Source of the DNA: an uncultured Halobacteriales archaeon
GTDB taxonomy: Archaea; Halobacteriota; Halobacteria; Halobacteriales; Haloarculaceae
DNA length: 64,000 nt
Reading direction: 5' to 3'
Assembly (NCBI GenBank): GCA_964520075.1
Contig: CAZFMN010000002.1
Coordinates: 7,253 to 71,252, forward strand
In this document: positions 10,394 to 21,200 of the stretch, one piece after another
Layout: each line of letters starts with the position of its first letter
Position numbering within the stretch: the stretch's first letter is position 1
Notes under the pieces: model-generated
Seen by the model: the letters and a program-made list of their open reading frames with translations, nothing else
Told to the model about the DNA's origin: nothing
The model's database searches: none
Made by a program: the position numbers and the translations under genes

Positions 10394-11017
10394 ATGACCG
10401 ACGAGCCCGCGCCCCCGGCGGTTCCCCACGAACACCTCGACAGCGGCTGGGAACTGGTCGAGCAGCGCACGGAGACGGTAGCGGAGCTGTCGGCGATGCG
10501 TGTCCGGAGTGTCACGCGCCGGTACGACGACGAGCGCTCGCGGGCGGCGCTGTCGGCCGCGGGCTACGACACCGACCACCCGGTCAGGTTCTTCGCGGTC
10601 AGCCGACTCACGTTCGAGCCGTCACTGCCACCGGGTGTCGGAACGACGATGGTCGCGCCGACAGTCCGGACAGAGGCCCGGAAGGCCTTCGCCCGCCGAC
10701 TGGCCGAGCGGGGCCTGAAAGACGTGACCCGGGACCGCACCGAGCGACTCCGTCTCCCCGACGACAGCCGTGTCCGGCTGTTCCGGCACACCGGGACCGT
10801 CCGCCCGACCGAACTCGACGCGCCGCTCCCGCTGGAGTGCTGGGTCGGTGTCTGGCCCACCGCCGGAACCTTTCTCGTTTTCTCCGGTGCCCACCCGACC
10901 GTCACACTCCGCTCGCGTCTCGACACCGGGACCGAATCGGATGTCCTCCGGCGGTCACCCGACCAGTACCGTCAGGAGCTTTTCGACCTGCTGCGCGAGA
11001 CCAGCGAACACAACTGA
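10394..11017 (+). CDS. Hypothetical protein
   Basis: Acidic ORF with haloarchaeal codon usage filling the gap before uvrA. Confidence 0.7.
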   Translation: MTDEPAPPAVPHEHLDSGWELVEQRTETVAELSAMRVRSVTRRYDDERSRAALSAAGYDTDHPVRFFAVSRLTFEPSLPPGVGTTMVAPTVRTEARKAFARRLAERGLKDVTRDRTERLRLPDDSRVRLFRHTGTVRPTELDAPLPLECWVGVWPTAGTFLVFSGAHPTVTLRSRLDTGTESDVLRRSPDQYRQELFDLLRETSEHN

Positions 11018-11092
11018 CCGCGGGAAGACGATGTCGTCGCCGGTACCGGTGCTGTACACGGCAGCGTGCCGAGCCTCGCAGGCACGTACCGC

Positions 11093-14000
11093 TCAGTCGT
11101 CGCCGGCGCGTGTCGCCTGGTCGCGCTCGGTGACATCGGCGGCCGTGCCGGACCGTGGCCCCTCCAGGTCGACGCCGGGCAGCAGGTCACGGAGGTACCG
11201 TCCGGTGTGGGACGCCTCGGTGCGTGCCACCGCCTCGGGTGTGCCGGCCGCGACAACGTCTCCGCCGTGTTCGCCACCCTCCGGACCGAGGTCGAGCACG
11301 TGGTCGGCGTTCTTCACGAGGTCGAGTTCGTGCTCGATGACGACGACGGTGTTGCCCTCGTCGGTGAGTCGGTGGAGCACGTCGACGAGTTTGCGCTCGT
11401 CCTCGGGGTGGAGCCCGGTCGTCGGCTCGTCGAGCAGGTACAGCGTCTCGCCGGTGTCTTTCTTTCCGAGCTCCTCCGCGAGCTTGACCCGCTGGGCCTC
11501 ACCACCCGAGAGTGTCGTCGAGGGCTGGCCGAGCCGCATGTAGCCCAGACCGACATCCTTCAGCAGCCCGAGCCGCCGGCTGAGCTGGCGGTGGCTCTCG
11601 AAGAAGGCGTGGGCCTCCCTGACACTCATGTCGAGCACGTCGGCGATTGTCTTCCCCCTGAACTCCACCTCCAGGGTCTCGTCGTTGTACCGGGCGCCGT
11701 CACACTCCTCGCAGGGGACCTGCACGTCCGAGAGAAAGTTCATGTCGATTGTGACCGTCCCCTGGCCGCCACACTCCTCACAGCGCCCGCCTTTCACGTT
11801 GAACGAGAACCGACCCTTCTCGTAGCCGCGCCGGTTCGCGAGGTTCGTCTCGGCGAACAGCTCACGCACGTAGTCGAACACGTTCGTGTAGGTGGCGGGG
11901 TTCGAGCGCGGTGTCCGACCGATCGGTGACTGGTCTATCAGCCGCACCGTCTTTATCTGGTCGACCCCCTCGATGGCGTCGTGGTCGCCGGGGTCGACAC
12001 TCCTGTTGTCGTTCATCTCGCGGGCCAGCCCCTTGTACAGCACCTCGTGCATCAGCGTGGACTTGCCCGACCCCGAGACACCCGTGATGGCGGTGAACGT
12101 CCCGAGCGGGATGTCGACGTCGAGGTCCCGCAGGTTGTGCTGGCGGGCACCGCGGACCGTCAGCGCACCGTCGGGCTCCCGGCGGGTCTCCGGAACGGGG
12201 ATAGAGCGGCGTCCGGCGAGGTAGTCCGCGGTGACACTCTCCTCGCTGTCGAGCACGTCCTGCAGCGAGCCGTTCACGACCACCTCGCCGCCGCGTTTCC
12301 CCGGTCCCGGTCCCATGTCGACGATGTTGTCAGCCCGGCGCATCGTCTCGGTGTCGTGTTCGACCACGACCAGCGTGTTGCCGATGTCGCGCAGTTCCTC
12401 CAGCGTGTCGAGCAGACGGTCGTTGTCGCGCTGGTGGAGTCCGATGGAGGGCTCGTCGAGCACGTACAGCACACCGACGAGTCCGGAGCCGATCTGCGTG
12501 GCCAGCCGGATGCGCTGGCTCTCCCCGCCGGAGAGTGTCGCCGCCTCACGGTCGAGCGTGAGGTAGTCGAGCCCCACCTCGGTCATGAAGCCCAGGCGGG
12601 CGCGGATCTCCTTGAGTATCTCCTCGGCGATGGTGCGGTCGCGCTCGTTGAGGTCACGCTCCAGCCCCTCGAAGTGTGCGAGCGCGTCGCCGATCGACAT
12701 CCGGCTGACCTCGTCGATTGTGGTGCCCGCGACCCTGACGGCCCGTGACTCGGGGCGGAGACGGGTCCCCTCGCAGGCCGGGCAGGTCGTGACCGCCATG
12801 AACTCCTCGATGTGCTCGCGGGAACGGTCGCTGTCGGTCTCGACGTGGCGCCGCTCCAGGTTGGGGATGACACCCTCGAACCGCTCGGTCTTCTCCCGCA
12901 TCCCGTTTTTCGTCCGCCACTGGAAGTGGACCTTCCTGTCGGTCCCACGGAGAAACTGCCGCCGTATCTCCGGGTCTAGCTCCTCGAACGGTGTCTCCAG
13001 CGAGACACCGAAGTGCTCGGCCACGTTGTCGAGCTGTCGGGAGTAGTAGGTCCGGTTGTAGCTCCAGGGCTCGAAGACGTGTTTGAGCGGCTTCGAGGGG
13101 TCCTGTATCACGAGGTCCTCGCTGACCTCCTTTGTCTCGCCGATCCCCTCACACTCTGGGCAGGCCCCGTGTGGACTGTTGAACGAGAACGAGCGTGTCT
13201 CGATTGCGCTGATGTCGATACCGCAGTGCGTGCAGGCGAGGTCCTCGGAGAACTCGACGACCCGCCGGTTCCCGTCGGCCCCGTCGCCCGCGGTGGTTGC
13301 GTCGTCCTCCTCCCTGGAGGGGTCGCCCCCAGAGAGGTCACCGGTCGAGCGCGCCCGTGTCCCGCCGACATCTAGCTCCGCCGGCGGGTCCGGGAAGCTG
13401 ACCTTCAGCACACCGTCGGCCTCCGCAAGCGCCGTCTCGACGGAGTCGGTGACCCGGGCGCGCTCCGAGGCCGAGAGCTTCACACGGTCGACCACCACGT
13501 CGACTGTGTGGTCGTAGTTCTCGTCGAGGTCGGGCCGCTCGACGGTGAGGTCGTAGCGCTCGCCGTCCACCTCGACACGGGTGTACCCCTCGCTCACGAG
13601 CTCGTCGAACAGCTTCTCGAAGGCCCCTTTCTGGTCGCGCACCACCGGCGCACACAGCTCCGCGCGGGTCCCCTCGGGGGCCGCGAGCAGTCGACGCACC
13701 ATCTGCTGGGCGCTCTGGTCGTCGACCTGGCGGCCACACTCCGGACAGTGTGGCGTCCCGACGCGGGCGTACAGCAGGCGCAGGTAGTCGTGGAGTTCGG
13801 TGACTGTCCCGACAGTCGAACGCGGGTTGTTCGCGGCGTTTTTCTGGTCGATAGAGATGGCGGGCGAGAGCCCCTCGACGGTCTCGACCTGTGGCTTGTC
13901 CATCTGGCCGAGGAAGTTCCGGGCGTAGGCCGACAGCGACTCGATGTACCGGCGCTGTCCCTCGGCGTATATCGTCTCGAACGCGAGCGAGGACTTGCCC

Positions 14001-14110
14001 GACCCCGAGAGCCCCGTCACGACGGTCAACTCCTCGCGTGGAATCTCGACGTCCACGTCCTCGAGATTGTTCTCTGCCGCCCCGCGCACCTCGATGTTCT
14101 CGCGACTCAT
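11093..14110 (-). CDS. uvrA: Excinuclease ABC subunit A
   Basis: Two ABC ATPase modules (GLSGSGKS, GVSGSGKS, LSGGE x2), zinc fingers, PIGRTPRSNPATY. Confidence 0.97.
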   Translation of the reverse strand: MSRENIEVRGAAENNLEDVDVEIPREELTVVTGLSGSGKSSLAFETIYAEGQRRYIESLSAYARNFLGQMDKPQVETVEGLSPAISIDQKNAANNPRSTVGTVTELHDYLRLLYARVGTPHCPECGRQVDDQSAQQMVRRLLAAPEGTRAELCAPVVRDQKGAFEKLFDELVSEGYTRVEVDGERYDLTVERPDLDENYDHTVDVVVDRVKLSASERARVTDSVETALAEADGVLKVSFPDPPAELDVGGTRARSTGDLSGGDPSREEDDATTAGDGADGNRRVVEFSEDLACTHCGIDISAIETRSFSFNSPHGACPECEGIGETKEVSEDLVIQDPSKPLKHVFEPWSYNRTYYSRQLDNVAEHFGVSLETPFEELDPEIRRQFLRGTDRKVHFQWRTKNGMREKTERFEGVIPNLERRHVETDSDRSREHIEEFMAVTTCPACEGTRLRPESRAVRVAGTTIDEVSRMSIGDALAHFEGLERDLNERDRTIAEEILKEIRARLGFMTEVGLDYLTLDREAATLSGGESQRIRLATQIGSGLVGVLYVLDEPSIGLHQRDNDRLLDTLEELRDIGNTLVVVEHDTETMRRADNIVDMGPGPGKRGGEVVVNGSLQDVLDSEESVTADYLAGRRSIPVPETRREPDGALTVRGARQHNLRDLDVDIPLGTFTAITGVSGSGKSTLMHEVLYKGLAREMNDNRSVDPGDHDAIEGVDQIKTVRLIDQSPIGRTPRSNPATYTNVFDYVRELFAETNLANRRGYEKGRFSFNVKGGRCEECGGQGTVTIDMNFLSDVQVPCEECDGARYNDETLEVEFRGKTIADVLDMSVREAHAFFESHRQLSRRLGLLKDVGLGYMRLGQPSTTLSGGEAQRVKLAEELGKKDTGETLYLLDEPTTGLHPEDERKLVDVLHRLTDEGNTVVVIEHELDLVKNADHVLDLGPEGGEHGGDVVAAGTPEAVARTEASHTGRYLRDLLPGVDLEGPRSGTAADVTERDQATRAGDD

Positions 14111-14213
14111 CTGTTACCCTTTGTTCGACTCCACGATACAAACCCTGTCGGTTCGGTCCCCACAGGCTGGCTACGGACCCCGCCCCCGACCTGACCCGAC
14201 CCGGTCGGCCGGG

Positions 14214-14810
14214 TCACGACCGGAGTTCGCCGTCGAGTCCGATGTGGATGAGACACCCGGTGAAGAACGTGGCCACGACAGTAACAGCAGTGACCTGCCG
14301 GTCGACCGGGAGTTCGGCCGTCAGCAACCCGACCCCGCCCGCCAGCACGGCCGTCAGCACGAGCATCACCAGCGGACTGTGCGTCCAGCCACGGTGTCTG
14401 CCCGTCACGAGGTCGATGGTGGGTTCGACGGCACTGGCCCCGGCGAGCGCAACGAGCGTCGTGCCGCCGCCGACGAGCACCTCTGACGGCACCACGGGGT
14501 CGTCCAGGACACCGGCCACCGCGGTGTCTGCGACCCCCACGAGCGGTTCGAAGTGCAGGGCAACGAGCGATGCGACCCCGGCCACGACCAGCAGGCGGAG
14601 CCACTGGACGGCCTTCCGGCGCGGGATAGACCGGTGGTGGTCGATATCCGGAAACACCGACCCGACGAACGTCGCAACCGCGGCCCCGAGCGCGCCGCCG
14701 CCGGCCAGCAGCGGTGACCCGAATCCGGTGAACAGTCCGGCACCCACAGCCAGCGCCGTCAGCACCGCACCGATACGCCCCCAGCGTGCGTGTGTCGGGT
14801 AGTTCGGCAC
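14214..14810 (-). CDS. Membrane-bound metal-dependent hydrolase (YdjM-like)
   Basis: N-terminal TH, PDID, HRGWTHS and H..D motifs; several TM segments. Start is GTG 14810 or 14819. Confidence 0.8.
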   Translation of the reverse strand: MPNYPTHARWGRIGAVLTALAVGAGLFTGFGSPLLAGGGALGAAVATFVGSVFPDIDHHRSIPRRKAVQWLRLLVVAGVASLVALHFEPLVGVADTAVAGVLDDPVVPSEVLVGGGTTLVALAGASAVEPTIDLVTGRHRGWTHSPLVMLVLTAVLAGGVGLLTAELPVDRQVTAVTVVATFFTGCLIHIGLDGELRS

Positions 14811-15164
14811 GCTAGCCACTGTGTTACCCCTCGCACTTATCTCCCCTGACTACTGTACGGCACGCCGACTCCCCCCGGTGGACACGCCTGTCTGACACCT
14901 GTCGCACAGTCTCCGGCCGGTATTCCCCCCTCGGTTTCCCCTGTCGTCCCCTCGCCGTCTCCGGATTCCAGCCTGACGATTTCACTTTCACCCTGGTCTG
15001 AACACCGTTAAGAGGGACAAACCCATCAGTTCAGTTCCGACGAGAGACGGCTCGGCGCAGACAGCCCGACGACGACCAGTACAGCAAGTCACAGATACCG
15101 CGGACGTGCGAACCGCACCACAGAGCAACAGACAGCCCCCGATTCGAACGCAAACTACACGTAT

Positions 15165-15236
15165 ATGACATCAATCGCGACAGCGCGACCAACGAGAACC
15201 GTCGAGACGACCAGAGCGCCAGGTGAGCAGGCATGA
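15165..15236 (+). CDS. Candidate 23-aa uORF (MTSIATARPTRTVETTRAPGEQA) coupled to nrdJ
   Basis: ATG at 15165; its TGA overlaps the nrdJ ATG (ATGA); SD-like AGGTGA lies just upstream of the overlap. Confidence 0.4.
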   Translation: MTSIATARPTRTVETTRAPGEQA

Positions 15237-18200
15237 GCGAGCAGCCCGTTGCGGACGACCTGACACTGCCAATAAAGCGCACAGACGGCGAGACAGTAAA
15301 GGAGCGCCTGACCGACAACGCCTACCACAACATCCTGCCGGCGCGCTATCTCCGCAAGGACAGCAACGGCGAACCGGTCGAGAAACAGGAGGAGCTGTTC
15401 GAGCGCGTCGCGAAGAACATCGCGCTCGCGGAGGCTGTCTTCGAGGCCGACAAGCAGGGGGTCGACGTGACGGTCACCCCCGACCAGCTCAAGCCCGACC
15501 ACCCGCGCCGTGACGAACTCGCCGCGGAGGTGTTCGGCACGGGTGTCACCGTCGAGGACGACATCGAGCGGCCGCTGACCGAGCACAACGTCAACAAGTT
15601 CGCATACGAGACAATCGTGCCGGAACTGCCCGAGTCGGTGCGTGACCACGTCGAAACCACCGCCGCGGAGTTCCAGGAGGCGATGGAGAAACTTTCTGTT
15701 TTACCGAACAGTCCGACGCTGATGAACGCGGGCGACGAGCTCCAGCAGCTCAGCGCGTGTTTCGTCGACTCGCCGGCGGACGACATCGACGACATCCACC
15801 AGACCGCGAAGGAGGCCGCGGAGGTCTTCCAGTGTCTGACAGACGACGCCAGTGTCGCGGTCGACGGAAAGGGGGTCGTGTCGGTCGCGGAGGTCGAGCC
15901 GGGCGACGAGATCAGGCAACGGGACGGTGACGGGTACCAGACCCGGACAGTGGCGGAGACACACGCGTACGGTGACGCGCCAGTACATCGGGTCACGACG
16001 ACAGCCGGCATCGAGCTCACCGGGACACCGAACCACGAGCTGTGTGTCGACGGTGACTGGACGCGTATCGACGAGATAGCCCCCGGAGACACGCTGTCGG
16101 TCCGGCTCGACTGGCTCACCGACGCCGACGATACCACGGAGCTACGGACTGTCGAGTCGGGCGCGCGGCGGGACGTCGACAGGGCCGTCGACAACAGCGA
16201 GATCCGCGAACTGCACGCGGAGGGGCTGTCCGACCACGAGATTGCGGACAGGCTCGACTGTTCGGCGTCGACGGTCCGGCGGCGCCGCGCGAACGAACTC
16301 GGTCTGGACCCGAACGGTTCGGGCGGTCACCCGCGCGGGAGTGTCGGGTTCGACACAGACGCCTTCGAGCGGCTGTACGAGGCGGGCCACACCGACCCGG
16401 AGGTCACCGACGAACTCGACCGCCACCAGGCGACGGTCGGGCAGTACCGGACAGCACAGTCGCTCGAACCGAACGGTGACCCGGTGAAGGCGGTCACGCA
16501 ACCAACGGAGTTGACACCCGAACTCGCGGAGTTGCTCGGTATGTGGGTCGGTGACGGCTCGACACACGAGGACGGCATCCGGCTGCATCTTCAGAGCGAG
16601 GAGACACTGGAACACGCCGACTGGCTCTGCCGGGACCTGTTCGGTGCGGGTCTGGACTGGCAGTTCGAGGACGGCTGTTACGACGCGGTGTTGCACAGCC
16701 ACGAGATACGGCGGTTCTGGCTGGCGAACTTCGGGGCAGCGAACCCCGACGCCCCCGCCGCGTCGGTCCCCGACGCGGTCTGGCGCGCGGACCGCGACAC
16801 TGTCGCGGCGTTTCTCCGTGGACTGTTCTCGACCGGTGGCGGTCTCCAGCGCGACCGCTACCCGCGGCTGTGGAGCGCCTCACAGGAACTGGTCGACGGT
16901 GTGCAGACGCTCCTCCTCGGTCTGGGGATACCCGCGGCACGGTGGGAACTCGACTCCAGGGAGCGCGAGTCTCAGAACGTCGGCCCGACCGGCGAGGTCG
17001 GTCTGACCCGTTTTGCCGACCGAATCGGGTTCGTGGACGGCCGTGACGACGAGATGGCCGCCGCGCTCAAGGAGACGGCCTTCGACGGGACTACCTTCGG
17101 AACCGTCCACGACGGGCAGCGCTGGTCCGTTCCCGTCGAGTCGGTCGAGTCCGCGGGCACGGCGACGGTACACGACGTGACTGTCGCCGGCAACCACGAG
17201 TACCTCGCCGACGGCGTCGTCTCTCACAACAGCGGCGGCGGAATGGGCTACGCTTTCTGGAAACTGCGCCCCTACGGCGACCCGGTCGGCTCCACCGGCG
17301 GTATCGCCAGCGGACCTGTCACATTTATGAGGACTTATGACCAGATGTGTTTCCCGCCGGAAACGAGCGTTCTCACACCAGACGGTTACCAGCCCATCGA
17401 GGATGTCCGCAAAGGCGATATTGTCATCGACGAGACCGGTGAGAGACAGCCTGTCACCGAAACGATGGAGCGGACAGTAAACGAGGAGTTGGTCGAAATC
17501 GTGCCAGAGCGACTCAACAAACCGATCCGTGCGACAGGCGAGCACCCGTTCAAAGTCCTCCGAGACAATGGGTTCGAGTGGGTCGACGCGGAGGAGTTGG
17601 AGACAGACGACTTCCTCGTGCTGGGACACGCAACCGACAGCAACGAACTTGAACTCGGTGAGTCTGTCGACATCACCGACATCGCCAGCGGACCACTCGT
17701 CTTCACAGATGGCGGTGTCACGGTCAATCGTGACTACTACGGCACAAGAAAAGGGACGACCCCACAGGCGTTCGCGGACGAGGTTCCCGTCGAAGCGCTG
17801 GCAACGCTGGCTGGCTGGTATCTCGCGGAGGGGTGTGTTGTCTACCGCCGTGGTATTCCCAGTGAAGTCACGTTTACGCTGCACAGCGACGAGCACGAGG
17901 CTGCCGAGGAAGTCCAGAATGCTCTCGATGCCTTCGGTGTGTCCTCCCGAATCGAAACTGTCGAGAACCGCAACACCCAGCACATCCACGCCGAGCACAC
18001 CAGCTTTGCGCAGTTCATCGATAGCCTGTTCGGGACGGGTGCAAGCAAAAAAGAGGTGCCGGAGGTACTCTGGAATGCACCACCAGAGACGCAGACCCGT
18101 GTGCTGGAGACTCTCTTTGCGGGAGACGGTCGGCTCGAAACGCGGGGCAAAAGCCAGCGCGTTCAGTTGAAACTCGTAAATGAGGAGATAATCGACTTCG

Positions 18201-21200
18201 TGTTTCAGGCTGGGCTCCGGTGTGGCGTCCAGTTCTCACGGCACGACAGAACCCCGGATAACCGACAGCCGACGTACTCCGTCGGTGTGAGCGTGAGTTC
18301 GGCTCTGGGAACGCCGCTGGAGCGTCTGTTCGACGATGTCGACGACGATTTTGTTCCACGGGACAGAACGAAACAGGCTCGTGGACACGAGATTGTCGCT
18401 ATCGACTCTCTGGACAGAGTCGAGTACGAGGGACCGGTGTACAATGCGGAAGTAGCCGAAACACACTCCTACGTCGCCGAGGACGTCGTGGTGCACAACT
18501 GCGAGACGATCGCACAGGGTGGGGCCCGTCGCGGTGCGCAGATGGGTGTGATGCGCATCTCACACCCCGACGTCATCCAGTTCGTCCACGCGAAGAACAA
18601 GGACGTCTCGCTGGCGAACACGCTCCGACTGAACGACCCCGACGACTTCACGCACACCTCCTTCGCCGAGGCGCTGGAGGAGGCCCGCGGCCTCATCGAC
18701 GAGGAGGGGCACGTCCCGGAGCATCTCCGAAACGCCGTCGAGGGGCATCTCTCGAATTTCAACATCTCGGTTGGCGTGACCGACCGCTTCATGGAGGCGG
18801 TGAAAGACGACGAGGCGTACACGTTCACCAACCCCCGGACGGAGGAGCCACACGTCGCCACCGAGGAGACGGTCGAACTGTACGAGATGTTCGGTCTCGG
18901 CGAACACGTCGAGGTTGGCGAGGTGCTGTCCGTGCCCGCCCGCGAACTCTGGGACCACATCATCGAGGGCGCACACGAGAACGGTGAACCCGGTGTCGTC
19001 TACCTCGAACGGATAAACGAGCAGCACTCCTTCGACGTCGAGGAACACCCCGACCACCGCATCCTCGCGACCAACCCGTGCGTGACCGGTGACACGCTCA
19101 TCAGCACCGAGAACGGGCTCGTCACGGCCGAGGAGCTGTACGAGCAGGGTGTCGCGCGTGACATCGTGGTCGACGGTCGACGCAGCGAGGAGCGGGTAAA
19201 GGAGGCAAGCAGCGTCTACCGCACCGGTGAGAAGGAGGTGTACAGGCTGACCACCGAGGAGGGGTACGAGCTCCGCCTGACCGCCGACCACCGCGTGATG
19301 ACCGACGATGGCTGGGCCGAGGCAGGGAGTCTCGACCCCGGCGACACGGTCCACATCCAGAACCGGAAAGGCGAGTTCGGCGACCACGGCTCCGCGGCGG
19401 AGGGTCGCGTGCTCGGCTGGCTGGTCGGTGACGGTCACCTCAAGCACGGCGAGGAGCGTGCGGTGCTGAACTTCTACGACGAGGACGCCGAGCTCTCCGG
19501 GCGGTTCGCCGAGGACGTGAACGAGGTTGTCCGCGACCCGCTGGGGAACGCGAACTACGGGGTCGGCGTCAGCGATATCAGCCGGAGCGACGAGTACCGC
19601 GGCGCACAGGCCGTCGAACAGCGCATCCGGTCGGCACGGCTCTACGAGTACGCCGAGCGGGCCGGCCTCGCCGAGGGGAAACTGCAGGTGCCCGGTGCCG
19701 TCCGTCGCGGGAGCGAGGAGATGGCCCGCGGGTTCCTCAAGGCGCTGTTTACCGCCGATGGACACGTCGAGGGGACACCCGAGACAGGGCTCTCGGTGCG
19801 CCTGACCAGTATCAGTCCGGACCTGCTGCGGAGTGTCCAGCGGCTCCTGACCAACTTCGGTATCCGGTCGCGGCTCTACGAGGACCGCAAGACCGGCGGT
19901 CGGAAGCCGCTCCCGGACGGCCACGGCGGTACGAACGAGTACGAGACGTCGTCGAGCCACCAGCTCTCGGTCAGCTCCGCTCACCTGCGGACGTTCGAGG
20001 AGGAGATCGGGTTCCTGCGGGCGGACAAGAGTGAACGGCTGAGCGGGGCTCTGGACAGCTACAGCCGGGGTCCGTACACGGGTCGGTTCGAGGCAACGGT
20101 CGACGCTGTCGAGGCTGACGGAATCGAGGACGTGTACGACCTCACCGAGCCGGACACCGAATCGTTTGTCGCGAACGGCGTCGTTGTCCACAACTGCGGA
20201 GAGCAGCCCCTCGAGGAGTACGAGGCCTGCAACCTCGGTCACATCAACCTCTCGACACTCGCGGCGGAGGGCGCACCGGACTGGCGGGTCTGGTCGGAGC
20301 GTCACGGCGACGAGCACGAGACAGAGGCGGCGGCGGTGGAGGCGTTCCTGTCGGAGGCGCTGGACTTCGAGGAGTTCGACAGGCGGATCGAACTGGGCAC
20401 CCGGTTCCTGGAGAACGTCGTCACGATGTCGGATTTCCCGGTCGAGGAGATAGAGAAGACGGTCCGCGAGATGCGCAAGATCGGGCTGGGAATAATGGGG
20501 CTGGCACAGCTGTACATCCAGCTCGGTGTGAGATACGGGGGTGACACGGCAAACGAGATCGCCCGTCAGGTGATGGTCTACATCAACCACCAGTCGAAGC
20601 AGACGAGTCACGAACTCGCCACCGAGCGCGGCAGCTTCACCGAGTGGGACAACTCGAAGTACGCCGACCCGACCGAGTACCGCGAGTGGTTCGAACACCA
20701 CGTCGGTGTCCCCGCCGAGGAGTGGGAGGACGGGTACCCGATCAGGAATCACAACACGACGACGATAGCGCCGACCGGCTGTGTCGAGGAGAGCTCACTC
20801 GTCTCGACAGACAGCGGGCTGGTCCCGATACAGGAACTGGACGAGACAACGGCTGAGTTCGAGCAGTGGAGCGAGATCGCGGTCGATGTCTCGACGGACG
20901 GCGGAACGAAACCCGCAACCGCGGTGTACGACAACGGGTTCGCCGACGCCCGCCAGATCGAGACAGAGGGCGGGTTCAGCGTCACCTCGACACCGGAGCA
21001 CCGGTTCCGGACCATCTCCGCCGACGGGGAGTACGCCTGGAGAGCGGCAGCGGAGTTCGAACCGGGGGACCGGATTCTCCTCCGGCGAAACACCGCTGAC
21101 GGTGGCACGCGGTCCAGTCTCGACACGAGCGCGTCCGAGACCGACCACGATGGTCTGTGCCTGCCCGGCGAGATGACGCCGGAACTGGCGGAGTTTCTCG

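Noticed and set aside
15000-15232. Cobalamin riboswitch in the nrdJ leader
   Set aside because: No B12-box or conserved core visible by eye; a covariance search would be needed.
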